Assembly: GCA_905178155.1 (NCBI GenBank)
Contig: CAJINV010000005.1
Span: forward strand, 6,373,207 to 6,437,206
Source of the DNA: Amoebophrya sp. A120
Lineage: Eukaryota > Protista > Dinoflagellata
Length of the DNA: 64,000 nt
Direction: 5' to 3'
Shown here in pieces: positions 62,301-64,000 of this stretch (positions are counted from its first letter, which is position 1; each line of letters starts with the position of its first letter). The notes beneath the pieces were generated by a model. That model was given only the letters and a program-made list of their open reading frames with translations, was not told the DNA's origin and searched no databases. The translations under genes and the position numbers were made by a program.

Positions 62301-64000
62301 TTCGGGGATAAATGGTTTTTATCAATGAGGTTCTGAAGATCAAATTCGTTGAACTCCTGTTTTTCTGCTAGTTGTTTTTGGAGAGAAAATTCCTGTTCTT
62401 CAATCGTCATTTCCCCGTAGTTGCGAAGAAACTCTGGGTTGTCGATTTCTATTCCGAAGTTTTCCGTTTCTAATTTTTCCAATTCTAATTTCAATTCGTA
62501 TTCATCGTAATCTGTCACACCCCCTGGCTTCTGCTCGTCTAAGTAAAATCGCTTCAGTTGTTCTGCTTTTTGGAGTCTTTTTTCTTGGATCACGTTCTGG
62601 AAGAAGTCTCTGCGGAGCTGTTTGTCGCGGGTGGGAAAGTCCCAGATGTTGGTATTTTCTTGGTCGGTTGTTGTTTGCGCCTCATTCTCATGGTCCAACA
62701 TTTGTTTCAGACCATCGCCGTCGTCGTGTTTTCTTCGCGTTACTTGCGTCTGCTCCATCTCTGCCTTCAACCTCTCCAGCGCTTCCTTGATCCGGCCGGG
62801 TGAAGCGATATCCAGCGGGTGGACGGATATGCGTTGCAAATCTGTCTGGGTCTGCAAACTTGTGATGCTGGTTGGCGAATCTTGACGACGCGCCAATTGA
62901 TGGCCCAGCATGACAGGTTTCGGAGGTACTAGGTGTTGTAAATTCTGCATGCGAAACTGCGTTTTTGCATGACAGAAAAGTGAGGCTCCTTTTGGATGAC
63001 GTGCATGACAGTTTTGAGAATCATGCTACCCGAGCATCACAAGTCGCGCACTCTCCCGGACCCAGACATATTTGCGATGCATAACGGAAACCACAGATCG
63101 ACTGTCGTTACTGTTGGCGTCGTCCCAGTCCACAGAAGTTTCTTCGTCATAGAAACGCTTTTTCGATTTGAAGTTGTTTTTTATCGTATTGTTCAGCATC
63201 GGTATCTGCGACGCAATGGGGTGCTCGATCCGGTGGAGGGTTGTCGGGTGGAGAGGCTGTCGCTGTAGTTCTTGCTTATTGATACTTTCGTCCTGCTCGG
63301 TGGAATTTGTATTGCGATTTTTCATCCCAAGACCACTGTCGCTGTCGTGCTGGGACAGTTCGTCGTGAACAGATCCATCTTCACCGCCCTCGCCGGCGCC
63401 CAACTCCCGAAAGCTGGATACAACCACAGTTTCGACGAAACTCCTCGCCGCTTTCCGGCCTTCGAACCAATCCAACCGGTCTTGCAGTTCTTTTTGGATT
63501 TCCTCGTTTGCGATGCGGTCGCAGGACGCTTGGAGGACGGAGTGGACGTAGGAGTGGATGATGTGAGCCTGGAGTTGATGATGTTCCGCATGTTCTAGTA
63601 GTTGGTCCTTCTCACCATCTTGTTCATCTTCCGACGGTAAAAATGCTTCCACAATGTCGACTGCAGGAGCTGCACCAGATCCAGAACTACGAGCATGCGT
63701 CTTCATCTTCCCCTGACGTTCTTCAGACATCAACCTGGAAGACGCAGAGGCAGATGAACTCGCACTGTCACTGCTGCTAGAGCTGGAAAATATTGAACCA
63801 CCACCGCCACGCCTCCTCCGCGCAGCACGACTTGCTTTCTCCAAGTTCCGTCTTCCCAGTTCGCGGGCCAACTGGTCCTGGCTCGGCTGCACGATGTCCG
63901 AAGGACGGGCGGTCGGGGACAAGCCAAAAGTAGAAGCGGAAGCTTTTTGTAATGCTGCACCGGCTCTTCTTGCGGGAACACCGGTTCTCCTGTCATGCGC
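53395..64000 (-). CDS. Very large charged/low-complexity protein, 5' end outside the window; at least 6 introners
   Basis: Successive long ORFs join in frame (VVS|VHPL, YVT|EKI, KNFQ|TGT, LKKS|GTA, SES|CDA, QKN|QKN); frame open to the window edge. Confidence 0.82.
55644..55901. mobile_element. Introner family A
   Basis: TSD GTTCT; frame restored. Confidence 0.9.
55961..56177. mobile_element. Introner family E (short form)
   Basis: E TIRs, right end GTA variant; TSD GCAGG; frame restored. Confidence 0.9.
59097..59418. mobile_element. Introner family C
   Basis: TSD GATTT; frame restored. Confidence 0.92.
60704..60953. mobile_element. Introner family A
   Basis: TSD TTGAA; frame restored. Confidence 0.92.
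61224..61472. mobile_element. Introner family A
   Basis: TSD TCGAT/TCCGT; frame restored. Confidence 0.88.
62828..63083. mobile_element. Introner family A
   Basis: TSD ACGGA; frame restored. Confidence 0.92.

Noticed and set aside
2080-62336. Long plus-strand ORFs (e.g. 2080-2571, 61461-62336)
   Set aside because: Antisense shadows of minus-strand exons.
2480-63268. Recurrent peptides such as KCKNVWVWK, QICLGLE, FQTQTFL and YGEGGFF as a protein family
   Set aside because: They are translations of the TIRs where ORFs run into elements.
1-64000. Autonomous transposase, reverse transcriptase, tRNA or rRNA genes
   Set aside because: No recognisable motifs seen in this window.

Overview
Eukaryotic genomic DNA, not prokaryotic. 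The ORF track is fragmented because the genes are split by introns. About 8 protein genes lie here, all on the minus strand: a PPR protein with a C-terminal UBA-like domain, a long low-complexity/coiled-coil protein, a MORN-repeat protein, a gene or array with a ~160-aa Cys-patterned repeat, two tandem paralogs, and a large charged protein running off the right end. They are interrupted by about 50 MITE-like elements of roughly 145-390 bp from about 7 terminal-inverted-repeat (TIR) families. Nearly all begin TAT and end ATA, are flanked by a 5-bp direct repeat (TSD), and carry many copies of an internal GCAT(G/C/T)ACA motif. At every intact junction I translated by hand (more than 30), removing the element plus one TSD copy restores the reading frame, without GT-AG boundaries. 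They therefore behave as non-canonical, transposon-derived introns (introners). This architecture matches what is described for the parasitic dinoflagellate Amoebophrya (Syndiniales); the taxon is my inference. Further structure includes an LTR-like element nested exactly in the introner motif, two retroposon-like inserts with 18-19 bp TSDs, a hairpin minisatellite, and a GC-rich island of decayed introns. Coordinates were counted by hand and may be off by a base or two; family letters A-G are my own labels.
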